Assembly: GCA_964016885.1 (NCBI GenBank)
Contig: OZ024742.1
Coordinates: forward strand, 345,340,001 to 345,404,000
Direction of reading: 5' to 3'
DNA length: 64,000 bases
From: Eledone cirrhosa
Taxonomy: Eukaryota
In this document: positions 40,051 to 53,533 of the stretch, piece after piece
Position numbering within the stretch: position 1 is the first letter of the stretch
How the letters are laid out: each line of letters starts with the position of its first letter
Notes under the pieces: model-generated
Seen by the model: the letters and a program-made list of their open reading frames with translations, nothing else
Told to the model about the DNA's origin: nothing
The model's database searches: none
Made by a program: the position numbers and the translations under genes

Positions 40051-41214
40051 TTCTCTGTCTCCTCCTCTCTCTCTCTCCCGCTCTCTCTCTCTGCAACCTC
40101 TTGTTTCTTTCCTCTGTCTCTCTACCTCCCTTCCCCTCTCTGTCTCCCGCTATTTCTCTCTTCTCCGTTTCTGCCCCCCCCCCCTCCTCTCATCTGAAAG
40201 ATATTGGTTGTATTCCAGCTGGTAGAGAAAGAATGTCTCTCCATGTTGAAATACTCCGTAAACTGCCGTATCTCACGACGGAACCATTATGAGTCTATCA
40301 GAAAGGAATTCAGAACCTATGACATAAACACTCAAGTGTCTCTCTATTACACCTATTGTTCACTTCGTGATAAAACATATAGAGATTAACATAGAAACAA
40401 TATGAGTAAGGGAACGAGTAAGAACATTAAAACTGTGTGTTACTAATACACGGAAAGGTTAGGGTTAGGGTGAGGAAAAGAAACAAATATTTACAAAATG
40501 ACAGCCCCACGGCTTCAGCACAAATGAGAGATATATAAGAAAATAAGGATGAAAATGCTTGAATTATGAGAGACATTGAAACAGTTTATATATTTGCTAA
40601 AATACCTCAGTCTAGCGATTTTGTAAGGAGTAGAAAGTCAATTAAATCCCCCACCCCAGCACTTGACTGATACTTTATTTTATCGAAGTATGAAAGACAA
40701 AGTTAACCTGACCTCGACGAGGTTTCAAAATAACACTCAAGTTTTTGTGCCAATTCACCACTTTTAAAGCCTCATAAAAAAAACACGAGGATTAAATAGC
40801 AAACATATTGTATTGCTTCAGTTCAGGTTAGATCCGCTGGGCTCACTAAATAGATATTTTGCCATATTTTTCTGATAGAACAAGACATGCAGTAGGTGAA
40901 GCAGAAAGAGGAAGGCTTAAAAAGTAACTAATAAAAAAACTGATACAAACATACAGTAATAGAGAAGAACATGACTACAAGAAATAGAATTATAGCAGAA
41001 TAACGGAAGGCATGATACAACAGAGAGAAGGTATAACATTATTGTATTATGGCGGTGAATTGGTAGTATCGATAGAGGGTCGGAGATAAGGGGTTTGTAA
41101 GTATTTAATAATGGATATTTGCTTTCGAAGTTAAAATCCTGGCAAGGTGAACTTTATCTTTCAACATTCAGATGTGTATAAAATAAAGTACGAGTTAAAT
41201 ACGGTATAATAAAA

Positions 41215-41460
41215 TCTTCTTCTTCTTCTTCTCTCACATATTCCTGTGAGGGTCATAAGGGTAGAGTCCTCAAACACTCCTTCCAGCGGATCCTGTCAGA
41301 TGCAACCGTCTCCAGCTGGGTCCCCAGGTGATACCAGCCAAGCTCATAGATTATATCCAGCCATCTTACTCGGGGTCTACCCCTAACTCTCCTGTGGGTT
41401 GGTTTTAGCGATTCTTTCCTCAGACATTCTAACCAAATGCCCATCACATCGGAGCTGTGA
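41215..41460 (-). mobile_element. RTE-type LINE 3' end with (GAA)n tail
   Basis: RRVRGRPRVRWLDII...VASDRIRWKECL is a typical RTE C-terminus; homologous to 11205-11326. Confidence 0.75.
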
Positions 41461-41526
41461 TCAAGTTTCCGTTTCCCTAAACTGTCTGGTCTTTAACCAA
41501 AATTAGATAGCATTATTTCGTTCGCA

Positions 41527-42550
41527 CGGTGAATTGGCAGTATCGGCAGAGGGTCGGACGTCATGCTTTCCAGCATAGAGTTACGCCCCTTTACGGCCTG
41601 AGTTCAAATCCCATCGAGGTTAACTTTGCCTTTCATCCTTACGGGGTAGATAAAATAAAGTATCAGTAATGCACTGGGATAATTGGTGACCATGTGCCAA
41701 TAGTAGAAACGTTTATTTCATTCGCACATGGAATAATTTAAGCGAAACTCCAGAGAGATCCCAATATCCCATATTGCCGAAATGAGATGGGAAGAATGAA
41801 TTATGCAATTTATTATTTATATCAAGACAAGGGCGAGGGATTGGCAGTTTCGGTGAAGCACCAGACTACATGCTTTGTAGCATATAGTTGCATCCCTTTA
41901 TGCTGAATTCAAATCCCGCAGAGGTTAGATTTGCCTTTCATCCTTATGAGGTCGATAAAATAAAGTACCAGTCACGCAGTGGGGTCGATTTAATCGATGT
42001 TCCCTCCCCATTCAAATTACTGGCCTTGTGCGTAAAGTAGAAACAATCATTTATGTCAAGACAAATGGAATTGGAGGAATTATCCCCGGTGGTAGAGCGC
42101 TCGCTTAGCATGCGTGAGGCACCGGGATCGATTCCTGAATTCTCTAATGAACATTGTTTTTAATCCTTGTTATCGATTTTTTAGGGCGGTCGATTGGCAG
42201 TATCGATAGATCGTCGGATAACATTACGGCCCTTTACGTTCTGAGTTCAAATCCCAACGGGGATAGCTTTACCTTTCATCCTTATGGGGTCGATAACATA
42301 AAGTACTAGTAACACCCCCAAAAAATAATTTCCTGGCCTTCTGCCTAAAGTCGAAACCATTATGGTGAATTGGCAGTATCGGTAGAGGGTTGGACGCCAT
42401 GCTTTCTAGCATAGTTACGTCCCTTTACAGTCTGAGTTCAAATCCCGCCGAGGTTAACTTTGCCTTTCATCCTTACGGGGTCGATAAAACAAAGTACCAG
42501 TAATGTACTGGGTAATTGCTGGCCTTGTGCCTAAAGTAGAAACAATTATT
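41527..42550 (+). mobile_element. Cluster of four co-oriented Deu/Nin-domain SINEs (41527-41712, 41830-42050, 42183-42362, 42363-42550); an older copy lies at 41050-41200
   Basis: Each copy has the ttggcagt A-box region, gttcaaatccc and cctttcatcctta. Confidence 0.9.
42074..42146 (+). tRNA. tRNA-Ala(AGC) pseudogene
   Basis: GAGGAAT TA TCCC CGGTGGTA GAGC G CTCGC TTAGCAT GCGTG AGGCA CCGGG ATCGATT CCTGA ATTCTCT A closely follows the eukaryotic tRNA-Ala(AGC) pattern, with G3.U70 kept. The D stem and acceptor stem are mispaired. An oligo-T follows ~10 nt downstream. Confidence 0.75.
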
Positions 42551-42818
42551 AATGTCAAAACACATTTTAAGTGCATTTTCTAAGTGTGCAATCATAATTT
42601 TTCTTTATGAATAATTTTAAAATCAATAAGAAATGTAGAAATATAGAGACGATGAGGTTTTCTGTTAATCTCAAAGTTTTATGCATCTTATTAATTTTCT
42701 GGCGAAATTATAGAGAAAATGACGCCAAAATCATTCAAATCTGGAATGATAAAGTATGGTAAATGTTAGCTAATCATTATGGATTGGATGACACAGCATT
42801 TTAGTGTACCTGATGAAA

Positions 42819-43919
<1,101 letters not shown>

Positions 43920-43920
<1 letters not shown>

Positions 43921-44768
43921 TAATGAGGTTAAGTTTGAATTAATCCACTTTGGAAAAAAGGATGCCCTGAAACTACCATACTCTCTTCCTTCGGGTGAAA
44001 CTCTAGTGGCATCCAACAACATCAGAGACCTGGGAGTAATTGTGGAGAACAACATAAACAGAGTCACTCATATAAACAGCAAAGTTGATATGGCCCGCAG
44101 AATGTGTTCCTGGATTCTCAGAACCTTCCAGTCGAGAGATATCTATACTGTTATCCTTCTCTTCTCCACTTTTTCCCGACCCCACCTTGAATACTTTTGT
44201 CCACTCTGGTCACCCCACATGAAACAGAGTATCATGAAAGTTGAAGCACCCCAAAGATCAATTACAAAAAAGATAGATGGCATGACAAGCCTTGACTTTT
44301 GGAGTCGATTAGAAAAGCTCAAACTTTATTCTCTCCAACGTTGCCGTGACCGCTACATTGTCTGTATTATGTGGAAAATATTCCATCAGCTTTGACCAAA
44401 TAATGTTGGCATCACCCTTAATGTACACCCAAGGTTTGGGCCCCGTGCTATCCGCCCACGACAAAAATCTCACTCGCATCTCATAACAACAATACGGTAC
44501 AATCATTTCATCTCAATTGGCCCTGCTCTGTTTAACATTACACCAAAACAAATCAAAGCAGAAACAGACCCCATCAAGTTCAAGAAGTCTTTGGACAAAT
44601 TCCTTCAAGAAACCCCGGATAAGCCTCCTACACCTGGATATGCCTCCGTAAGCAATAACTCTCTACTCGAGTGGGCCATGGTGTCCAAACACTGATTTGT
44701 AAGACTTAAGTTAGACATGGCCTGGGCCGATACTGGCCGAAACCTATCAAATACTGGCCGAAACCTAT
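43920..44768 (+). mobile_element. CR1-clade LINE 3' fragment (end of ORF2 plus 3' UTR)
   Basis: KFELIHFG...IRDLGVIV...WILRTFQSRD...RPHLEYFCPLWSP...RLEKLKLYSLQR...GPALFN...FKKSLDKFLQ..PDKP...NSLLEW, with the stop at ~44692. The tail atactggccgaaacctatc occurs twice. Confidence 0.85.
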
Positions 44769-44792
44769 CGGCCAGTATTGGCCCAGACCATG

Positions 44793-47700
44793 CTACTGCG
44801 GCTGGCGGTTTTACCCTTGCAAGCGATCGAAACCAACATAATAGAAAGTAGAACTTGATTCTAGCCGCATGGAATGTGCGTACCCTCATGGATAGGGAAA
44901 CCTCCTTGATGCCAGAGAGAAGAACTGTCCTCATAGCAAAGGAATTAGCTCGCTACCGGATCGACATAGCCGCCTTCTGAGAGACTAGACTTGCTGAAGA
45001 AGGATCAGTTGCAGAACCGAAAGGAGGCTACACCTTCTTCTAGAAGGGCAATGCAAAGGATGAGGACAGAATCCACGAGGTAAGCCTGCCCATCAGGACT
45101 TCACTCTGCAAGCAGCTACCAGACCTCCCAACACATGTGAGTGAGCGGCTGATGAAGCTCCGCCCCCCCCCCCCGACCATCTCGGCATGTCACAGTCATC
45201 AGCGCGAAAGTCCCCACTCTCACCAGCAGTGATGAAGCAAAGGACGCTTTCTATGGGGAACTCAACGCACTCGTGAAGGGCGTCCCCACAAGGGATAAAC
45301 TCATCCTACTGGGGGACTTCAACGCAAGAGTCGGGTCTGACAGCAGCAACTGGAGAGGCGTGCTGGAACCACACGGCACAGGGAAGCTGAACTCTAATGG
45401 CCTCATACTGTTGAGTTTTTGCGCTGAGAACGATCTCACCATCACCAGCACACTGTTCCGCCAGGCAGACAAGTTCAAGTCGACATGGATGCACCCCAGA
45501 TCCAAACAGTGGCATCTGATTGACTTTGCCATATGCTCAGGAGGGACATCCGTGACGTCAGAATCACCAGGGCCATGCGTGGTGCAGAGTGTCAAGACCA
45601 TCATGTCACTCTACATCACCCCGACGCATCGCAAGACTCTGAAAGTCTATCAGCCAGCTTTCGACGTCACACGACTCAAGCTGCCAGACATCGTGATGCT
45701 TTCGCGAAAGATCTGGACGGCCGGCTGACTGCCCATGGACCAGTGACCGGACCCCCAACTCCACAGTGGGACCAGCTCAGGTCGCTGGTGACAGAGTCAG
45801 CCAAGGCAACCATCGAGCTGAGGAAGAGAGTCCACCAGGACTGGTTTGATGAAACCGATGAGCACATCAGCCAACTCCTGTATGAGAAGAGGAGGGCTTT
45901 CATTGAGTGGCAGAATGACAGCTCCTCCACCTCGAAGCGCGACCGCTTCAAGCACCTCCAGAGGCAATACGCAGCGCTACGTGGTGGGAAGGACACGTGG
46001 TGAGAAAAGAAGGCCGAAGAAGTAGAGAGATACGCTGACACAAAGAACTCCCAGATGTTCTTCAGCCCCATCGGGGACGTCTACGCACCCCCCCCCCCCC
46101 AAGCCTGTCACCACACCACTGCTGTCTGCTGACGGCTCAATCCTGCTGAAGGAGAAGAGCAGCATCAACTCGAGGTGGAGAGAGCACTTCAGCAGCCTGC
46201 TCAACAGGCCCTCCACTGTCGACCCTGCCGCCCTCGACCAGGTCCCACAGAAGCCTGTAGTCGGCAGCCTAGCCCCCCCCCCCAACATTGGATGAAGTGA
46301 CGAAGGCAATCAACCAGACCAGCTCAGGAAAGGCCCCTAGGAAGGACGTGATTCCTGCCGATATTTTCAAGTCGGCCGGTCCAGCTGCCCTGGGGGCCTT
46401 CCACACTCTCCTCGTCAGTATATGGGAGGAAAAAGAGGTGCCCAAAGACTTCAGGGCTGCTACAGTTGTGTCGCTTTTTAAGAACAAAGGCAGCAAAACT
46501 GACTGTGGCAACTATCGAGGAATTTCTCTCCTGTCCATCGCTGGGAAGGTCCTGGCTCGGGTCATACTCAACCCCCTCATCGCCAACATCTCGGAGGACA
46601 AGCTGCCTGAGGCCCGGTGTGGGTTCCGCCCAAACCGCAGCACGATCGACATGATCTTCTCTGTACGCCAGAACATGGACCTCTTTGCTGTCTTCATAGA
46701 CGTGATGGAGGCCTTCGACACTGTCAACAGAGAGGCCCTCTGGTCGATCCTGTCGAAGTTTGGATGCCCGACAAAGTTTGTGAACCTGATACGACAATTC
46801 CATGACGACATGACCTGGCAGGTGCGCTCGGGCGGAGAGGCATTAGAGCCATTCGGAATCACCAACGGCGTCAAGGATGCGTGCTGGCTCCCGTCTTCTT
46901 CAATCTGTTCTTCACCTGTGTGCTCAGTCATGCCCTCAGGGACCTGGAGCCCGGAGTGTATCTGCGATACAAACTGGACGTCTCCCTGTTTGGCTTGCGG
47001 CGCCTGACGACCAAGACAAGGACCGTTCAGAGGATCGTCCTGGAGGCACTTTTTGCTGACAACTGTGACCTCATGGCCCACAGGGTGTCTGACCTACAAC
47101 TCATCGTCAACAGTTCGCGGAGGCCTCCTGCCTCTTCGGTCTCACAATTAGCCTTGGCAAGACTGAATTCCTGTTCCAGCCTGCACCTGCCTCCGTCGCC
47201 CACCCTCCTTCCATCTCCATCGGAGGCACCCAGCTAAAGACCGTAGACGACTTCAAGTACCTCTGCTGTGTCATAAGCAGCGATGGAAGCCTCGACAAGG
47301 AGATAAACGCCAGAATCTGCAAGGCCAGTCAAGCCCACGATCGCCTGAGAACACGAGTCTTGAACCAGCACAATATCAGGCAGTCCACCAAGCTCCAGGT
47401 GTACAGGGCCGTTGTTCTCACCAGCCTCCTCTGCGGATCTGAGACATGGACCCTGTACAGAAGGCACCTGAAGCAGCTGCAATGGTTCCACATGCGCAGC
47501 CTGCGGTGAATCATGAACATCAAATGGCAGGACAAGGTCTCCAACCTCGAAGTTCTTGACATGGCTGAGACAACCAGTGTCGAAGCTATGATACAGAAGA
47601 GCCAACTTCGATGGGTGGGACATGTCATACGGATGGACGATCACAGGCTTCCGAAGCAACTGATGTATGGGGAACTCTGTTCGGGGAAACGAAAGCGGGT

Positions 47701-48045
47701 CAGGCCTCTCAAGAGGTTCAAAGACTGCGTGAAGTCCAGTATCAACAACACTGGAATTGCTCCAAAACAACTCGAGTCTCATGCTCACGACAGGACTGAG
47801 TGGCGAGCCCTTACCAGACGCGCCAAGGACTCTTTTGAAGAGAAGAGACGGGCAGATGTCACTGAGGCCCGTGAAAGGAGGAGAAAGGCATCAACAGCTG
47901 CCCCAAGCGACTCCGGTCTCTTCCCCTGCTCCCACTGTCCCCTGACCTGCAAGTCAAGGATCGGCTTCCACAGCCACCTTCGTGCCCACGGCAGACGGGA
48001 ACTAAAATAAAGATGTCATCATCCTTTACGATAGACAACCAAGAT
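44793..48045 (+). mobile_element. Near full-length RTE/BovB-type LINE (APE + RT + C2H2), frameshifted
   Basis: Motifs LILAAWNVRTL, LILLGDFNARVG, TWMHPRSKQWHLIDF, DCGNYRGISLLSIAGK, CGFRPNRSTIDMIF, AFDTVNRE, LFADNC, QLRWVGHVIRM and FPCSHCPLTCKSRIGFHSHLRAH*. Followed by a (TATG)n tail. Confidence 0.92.
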
Positions 48046-48369
48046 GTATGTATGTATGTATGTATGTATGTATGTATGTATGTATGCATGTATGTATGTG
48101 TGTGTATGTATGTATGTATGTATGTATGTATGTATGTATGTATGTATGTATGTGTGTATATGTGTATGAGACCTACGTTGTCTTCATTTAGTTTGATTGC
48201 CGTGTGAAAGCTTCCATAATTTATGTGATCTGTGTAGGAAATGTTCGTGTTTTCTAGAATATATTTCAGGTGTCCATGTGAATTGTAACTCTTCCTACAG
48301 TAACTCTTCTACTCAACAACAAAATTGTGTTAGTCTGAAATATAAATTATTTCAAATAAAAAAAATGAA

Positions 48370-49520
48370 ATAAATAAGATTTTCGCTCTACATGGCTGAA
48401 TACAATAAATGTAATCTGAGTTTTTCGAATATTAATAATTGTTTCTACTTTTGGCACCAGGCCAGCAAATATCCCAGTGCATTACTGGTACTTTATTTTA
48501 TCGTCCCTGTAAGGATGAAAGGCAAAGTTAACCTCGGCGGGATTTGAACTCAGATCATAAAGGGAGGTAACTCTATGCTTCAAAGCATGGCGCCCGACCC
48601 TCTACCGATACTGCCAATCCACCGCCCTAAATATCGAATATTAATAATAACATTCGATTCGTTTTCTATTATGCAAACAAGCCTCAATTTTATAGCCATG
48701 TCAGTAGAATGAGACCTTCATTCTTGCTCTTGTGTTGGCATGTGAACAGAACTGCAGACACTAATGTTTCTGGGTTATACCCTTCATCAGTACAGCTCCC
48801 TGTTCATCTGCCAACTGTCAGAGCTAGTGAAAATATATGCTATTTTCTAAAATATACAGTGACTGATCGGCCTGATTTGCATATTAGCAGACTGGCTGAT
48901 CAGTCAGATCTGCATATTAGCAGATCCACTGATCAGCCAGATTTGCATATCAGCAGACAGACCAGTCAGTTTCCTGTATATGAGCGATAAATGGCCGGCT
49001 TTGCCACATTCAAATTTAAAAAAAAAAAAAAAATAAAATAAATAAATAAATAAATTTTCGCTCTACATGGCTGACTACAATAAATGTAATCTGAGTTTTT
49101 CGAATATTAATAATTGTTTCTACATTTGGCACAAGGCCAACAAATACCCAGTGCATAACTGGTGCTTTATTTTATCGACCCCGTAAGGATGAAAGGCAAA
49201 GTTAACCTCTGCGGGAATTGAACTCAGAATGGCAAGGGCCGAAAACTCTATGCATCAAAGCATGGCGTCCAACCCTCTACGATACTGCCAATCCAACGTC
49301 ATATTTTCGAATATTAATACTTGTTTCTACTTTAGGCACAAGGCCAGCAATTACTCAGTACATTACTGGTACTTTATTTTATCGACCTCGGCGGGATTTG
49401 AACTCAGAATGGAAAGGGCCGTAATTCTATCCGTCAAATTTTTCGAATATTAATAATAACATTCGATTCGTTTGCAATTATGCAAACAAGCCTCATTTTT
49501 AAAGCCATGTCAGTAGAATG
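48370..49520. repeat. Local segmental duplication (48370-48712 and 49045-49520) containing minus-strand Deu/Nin SINEs (48440-48628, 49110-49295, 49315-49430)
   Basis: Both copies share the flanks ttttcgctctacatggctga...tcgaatattaataat and ..cattcgattcgttt..gccatgtcagtagaatga. A 15-bp TSD tcgaatattaataat lies at 48425 and 48634. Confidence 0.85.
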
Positions 49521-49674
49521 AACAGACTTGTATTTATTGAACCTCAGATAGAATCCTTTGTGTTATTCGTTCAAGGTCTTCGCACTCTCAGTTCAAGTAC
49601 CATCTTTTCGGGGTCAACAAAAGATAGTGCCAGCCTAGTACTGGGTTCCATTCTTCTTCTGTATCATCTTACTT

Positions 49675-50162
49675 CCCTTCTCTCACTCTCCCACTCTCTC
49701 ACCCTCTCTCACACTCTCTCACACTCTCTTACTATCTCACTCCCTCTCTAACTCATCCTCTCACTCTCCCTCTCTCTCTCTTTCTTTCTCACTCGCTGAC
49801 TCTTCTCTCTCTCACTCTCTCACTCCCTCTCTAACTCATCCCGCACACTCTCTCACTCTCTCATTCCCTCTCTCATTCTCCCTCTAACTCACTCTCTCAC
49901 TCTCTATCTCTATCTCTATCTCTCACCCTGTCTCACTCTCCACTCTTTCTCTCACTTTCTCACTCACTCTGTTAATCTCTTACTCTCTCTCACTGTCTCA
50001 TTTCCTCTCACTCTCTCACTCTCTCGTTTTTTCTCTTACACTCTCTCACTCTCTCTTTCTCTCTCATTCTCTCTTTTACTCTCTCATTCTCTCTCACTCT
50101 CTCACTGTCGTACTCTTTCTCTCTCTCAATCTCTCACTCTGTCTTACGCTCTCTCTCACTCT
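49675..50162 (+). repeat. Degenerate (CT)n/(CTCA)n pyrimidine tract
   Basis: Directly visible. Confidence 0.9.
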
Positions 50163-50669
50163 TCATAGTCTGAGATGGCTGATCTCGGCCATGATTTAAT
50201 TGCCCACGACACCGCCATTGCGTCTAAAAATGAAACGATGTCCAGATTTAATTATATTCTCCAATATTTCAGTCAATACATCATTTTACATCTTATGCTG
50301 CAGATAAAATATAATTACAAATTCAAACCAAAACACATCTTCAATCAAGTACACATAATGAGAAATGTTGAACCGCAGATTTGCCATTAAACAATATAAG
50401 TATTAACATCTGGTAGGAGTAAACAATGTGTAAGATTATTTAGACTCTAACATTAATTCCTGCCGTCATTCCATGCTAATGACGTCTTAACTGTCTTCTC
50501 ATTAATATACAGTTCCAGAAAATGGATAAATCCAGAATTCATTACTTTAATCTCCTGTATTCCTGCATTAATCCGCCACCTTTTTGTTATCTAGGTTCAA
50601 AGGTAAGAATTCTAATCGATAGATGTAGTTTATTTAAATCTATAGGTAGTGGGAAGAGAACGAGAATAA

Positions 50670-50932
50670 CTGCAGCAGAAGCAGCAGCAACGACAACAGC
50701 AGCAACAATAACAGCAACAACAACATCAACAACGACAACAGCAGCAGCAACGACAACAGCAGCAACAATAACAGCAACAACAACATCAACAACGACAACA
50801 GCAGCAGCAACGACAACAGCAGCAACAATAACAGCAACAACATCAACAAGAACGACAACAGCAGCAGCAACGACAACAGCAGCAACAATAACAGCAACAA
50901 CATCAACAACAACAACAACAGCAGCAGCAACG

Positions 50933-50965
<33 letters not shown>

Positions 50966-51155
50966 ATAACAGCAACAACAACATCAGCAACGACAACAGC
51001 AGCAGCAACGACAACAGCAGCAACAATAACAGCAACAACAACATCAACAACGACAACAGCAGCAGCAACGACAACAGCAGCAGCAACGACAACAGCAGCA
51101 ACAGCAGCACCAACGACAACAGCAGCAACAGCAACAACAGCAGCATCAACAGCAA

Positions 51156-51190
<35 letters not shown>

Positions 51191-51191
51191 A

Positions 51192-51244
<53 letters not shown>

Positions 51245-51401
51245 GCAACAACAACCACATCCGCAGCAACAGCAACAGCAGCAACAACTGCAACTGCATT
51301 ATCGATTACTATAAACATGATAAAATAGTAGTAGTAGTAGTAGCAGTAGCAGTAGCAGTAGTAGTAGCAGTAGCAGTAGTAGTAGTAGTAGTAGTAGTGG
51401 C

Positions 51402-51499
<98 letters not shown>

Positions 51500-51500
51500 C

Positions 51501-51550
<50 letters not shown>

Positions 51551-51599
51551 CAGCAGCAGCAGCAGTAGCAGCAGTAGCAGTAGTAGTAGTAGTGGCAGC

Positions 51600-51673
<74 letters not shown>

Positions 51674-51682
51674 CAGCAGCAC

Positions 51683-51727
<45 letters not shown>

Positions 51728-51805
51728 CAGCAGTAGTAGTTTTAGTGGCAGTAGTAGTAGCAGTAGTAGTAGTAGTAGTGGCAGCAGTAGTAGAGGCAGC
51801 AGCAA

Positions 51806-51847
<42 letters not shown>

Positions 51848-51877
51848 CAGCAGTAGTAGTACTTGCAGCAGCAGCAA

Positions 51878-51913
<36 letters not shown>

Positions 51914-51940
51914 CAGTAGTAGTCGCAGCACCAGTAGTAT

Positions 51941-51991
<51 letters not shown>

Positions 51992-52027
51992 CAGTAGTAG
52001 TAGTAGTAGTCGCAACACCAGTAGTAT

Positions 52028-52074
<47 letters not shown>

Positions 52075-52075
52075 T
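50670..52075. repeat. Adjacent (CAG/CAA)n (50670-51297) and (TAG/CAG)n (51326-52075) trinucleotide arrays
   Basis: Directly visible. The first array has a 60-bp higher-order unit. Confidence 0.95.
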
Positions 52076-53052
52076 AATGGTTTCTGATTTATGGGAGAGG
52101 GGGTTGATTAAATCGAATCAGTGCATTACTGGTATTTTAATTTATCGACCTCGTAAAGATGAAAGTTAATGGACGTAACTCAATGCCACAAAGCATGTTG
52201 TTCGACGCTCTACCGATACTGCCAATATTGATCTCACATGGGTGCACGTTTTCAGATTTACGGGTGGAACATAATCGATTACATCAACATTGGTACATGA
52301 TTGGGGGGACACAATTTTAATCAAAACTCGGTCATTGTGAAATTTGAACTCGTAACGTGACGACGTAAAATGGTTTAACTCCATACTGCATCTACATATT
52401 TCTTCTAGTACTCCGATTCAATCAAACGCCAGAATTAACGCCCGTCGGTTTCGACGATGAGCGTTAGAATTGATTGATCTACGGACCAACATGCTCGTGA
52501 AATTTGTATGTATGTGACTGAACAATTCATAGACAGGTGCACACAGAAACGTAATTCTCAGGGAGATTCAGTGACAAGGCTGGCCTTTTGAATTAGAGTT
52601 ACATTTCATCCGACGGTCTTCCACAGTCTCTATCATCAAATTTTACTCACACAGCATATGTCGACTTAAGGTAAAGGAACCACGCAGAGAGATAGAACAC
52701 GTGAATTTATAACTGTGAAGTCAGCTACTTAATCATTCGACCATGCCTCGTCCATAATCAACCGCCACTAGAGTAATTAAAATGATTCATTGTCTTTGGT
52801 ATAATTTCACATGTTCGAGATGTGAGCTTTGGTTGATTTAATCGAACCTAGCAGTTGGTTGTAAAGCGGAGAATTGGCTAAAACGATAGCGACTCGAATT
52901 GGACCTCCCTCAGTATTAGTTCCGGCTCATTGTGCTCACAGTTTAAATTCTATTTCATTCAGATTTGTGTTTCATCCTTTCGGGGTTAATAATTAAAGTA
53001 CAAGACTAGTGCTGGAATTGATTCACTCCTCTCTCTCTCTCTCTCTCTCTCA

Positions 53053-53120
<68 letters not shown>

Positions 53121-53127
53121 TTTTTTT

Positions 53128-53481
53128 CTAGGGCGGGTAAAATTCCTGAGATCCATGGACGAGTTCTCTCCAGTGGTCTCTAGGGAGATACATTGGCTCC
53201 CTACCTTTTTATCATCGTAGTGGACTATTGTATGCGCCTTGCATTGGAGAAACTCCAGGACTCTGGCTTTACTGTAGCACCGGCTCAGAGCAGGAGAGTT
53301 AAGGCGAAAAAGATATCGGATGCTGAATTTGCCGACGACATAGTTTTGGTGACAAATACAGTGAAGGAGGCAGAGCATTTGATGCAGGAGGTTGAGACTG
53401 TGTCGATGAGTGTGGGGCTGAGAATGAATGAGACTAAAACAAAATATATGGTAGAGAATGTTGAGAAGCCAGAGGGGATCA

Positions 53482-53487
<6 letters not shown>
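53128..53487 (+). mobile_element. Internal RT fragment of an RTE-group LINE flanked by (TA)n
   Basis: SG(V)L*GDTLAPYLFIIVVDYCMR...DAEFADDIVLV...VGLRMNETKTKYM. Confidence 0.85.

Positions 53488-53533
<46 letters not shown>

Noticed and set aside
40190-40295. HHR-like ctcat-CTGAAAGA...GAAAT...atgag
   Set aside because: The core has an insertion and stems II and III are weak. Like the candidates at 6712, 13696 and 22640, it is too degenerate to call.
40457-40472. Telomere-like ggttagggttaggg (also cctaaccctaaccct at 13257)
   Set aside because: Only about two units; such motifs are common inside DNA-transposon relics.
42074-42146. Functional tRNA-Ala gene
   Set aside because: The D stem (TCCC/GAGC), acceptor stem, anticodon stem and T stem all have mismatches; kept only as a pseudogene.
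50522-52077. Mucin-like T/A-rich, poly-L and poly-V ORFs
   Set aside because: These are trinucleotide arrays open in several frames on both strands, with no domain context.
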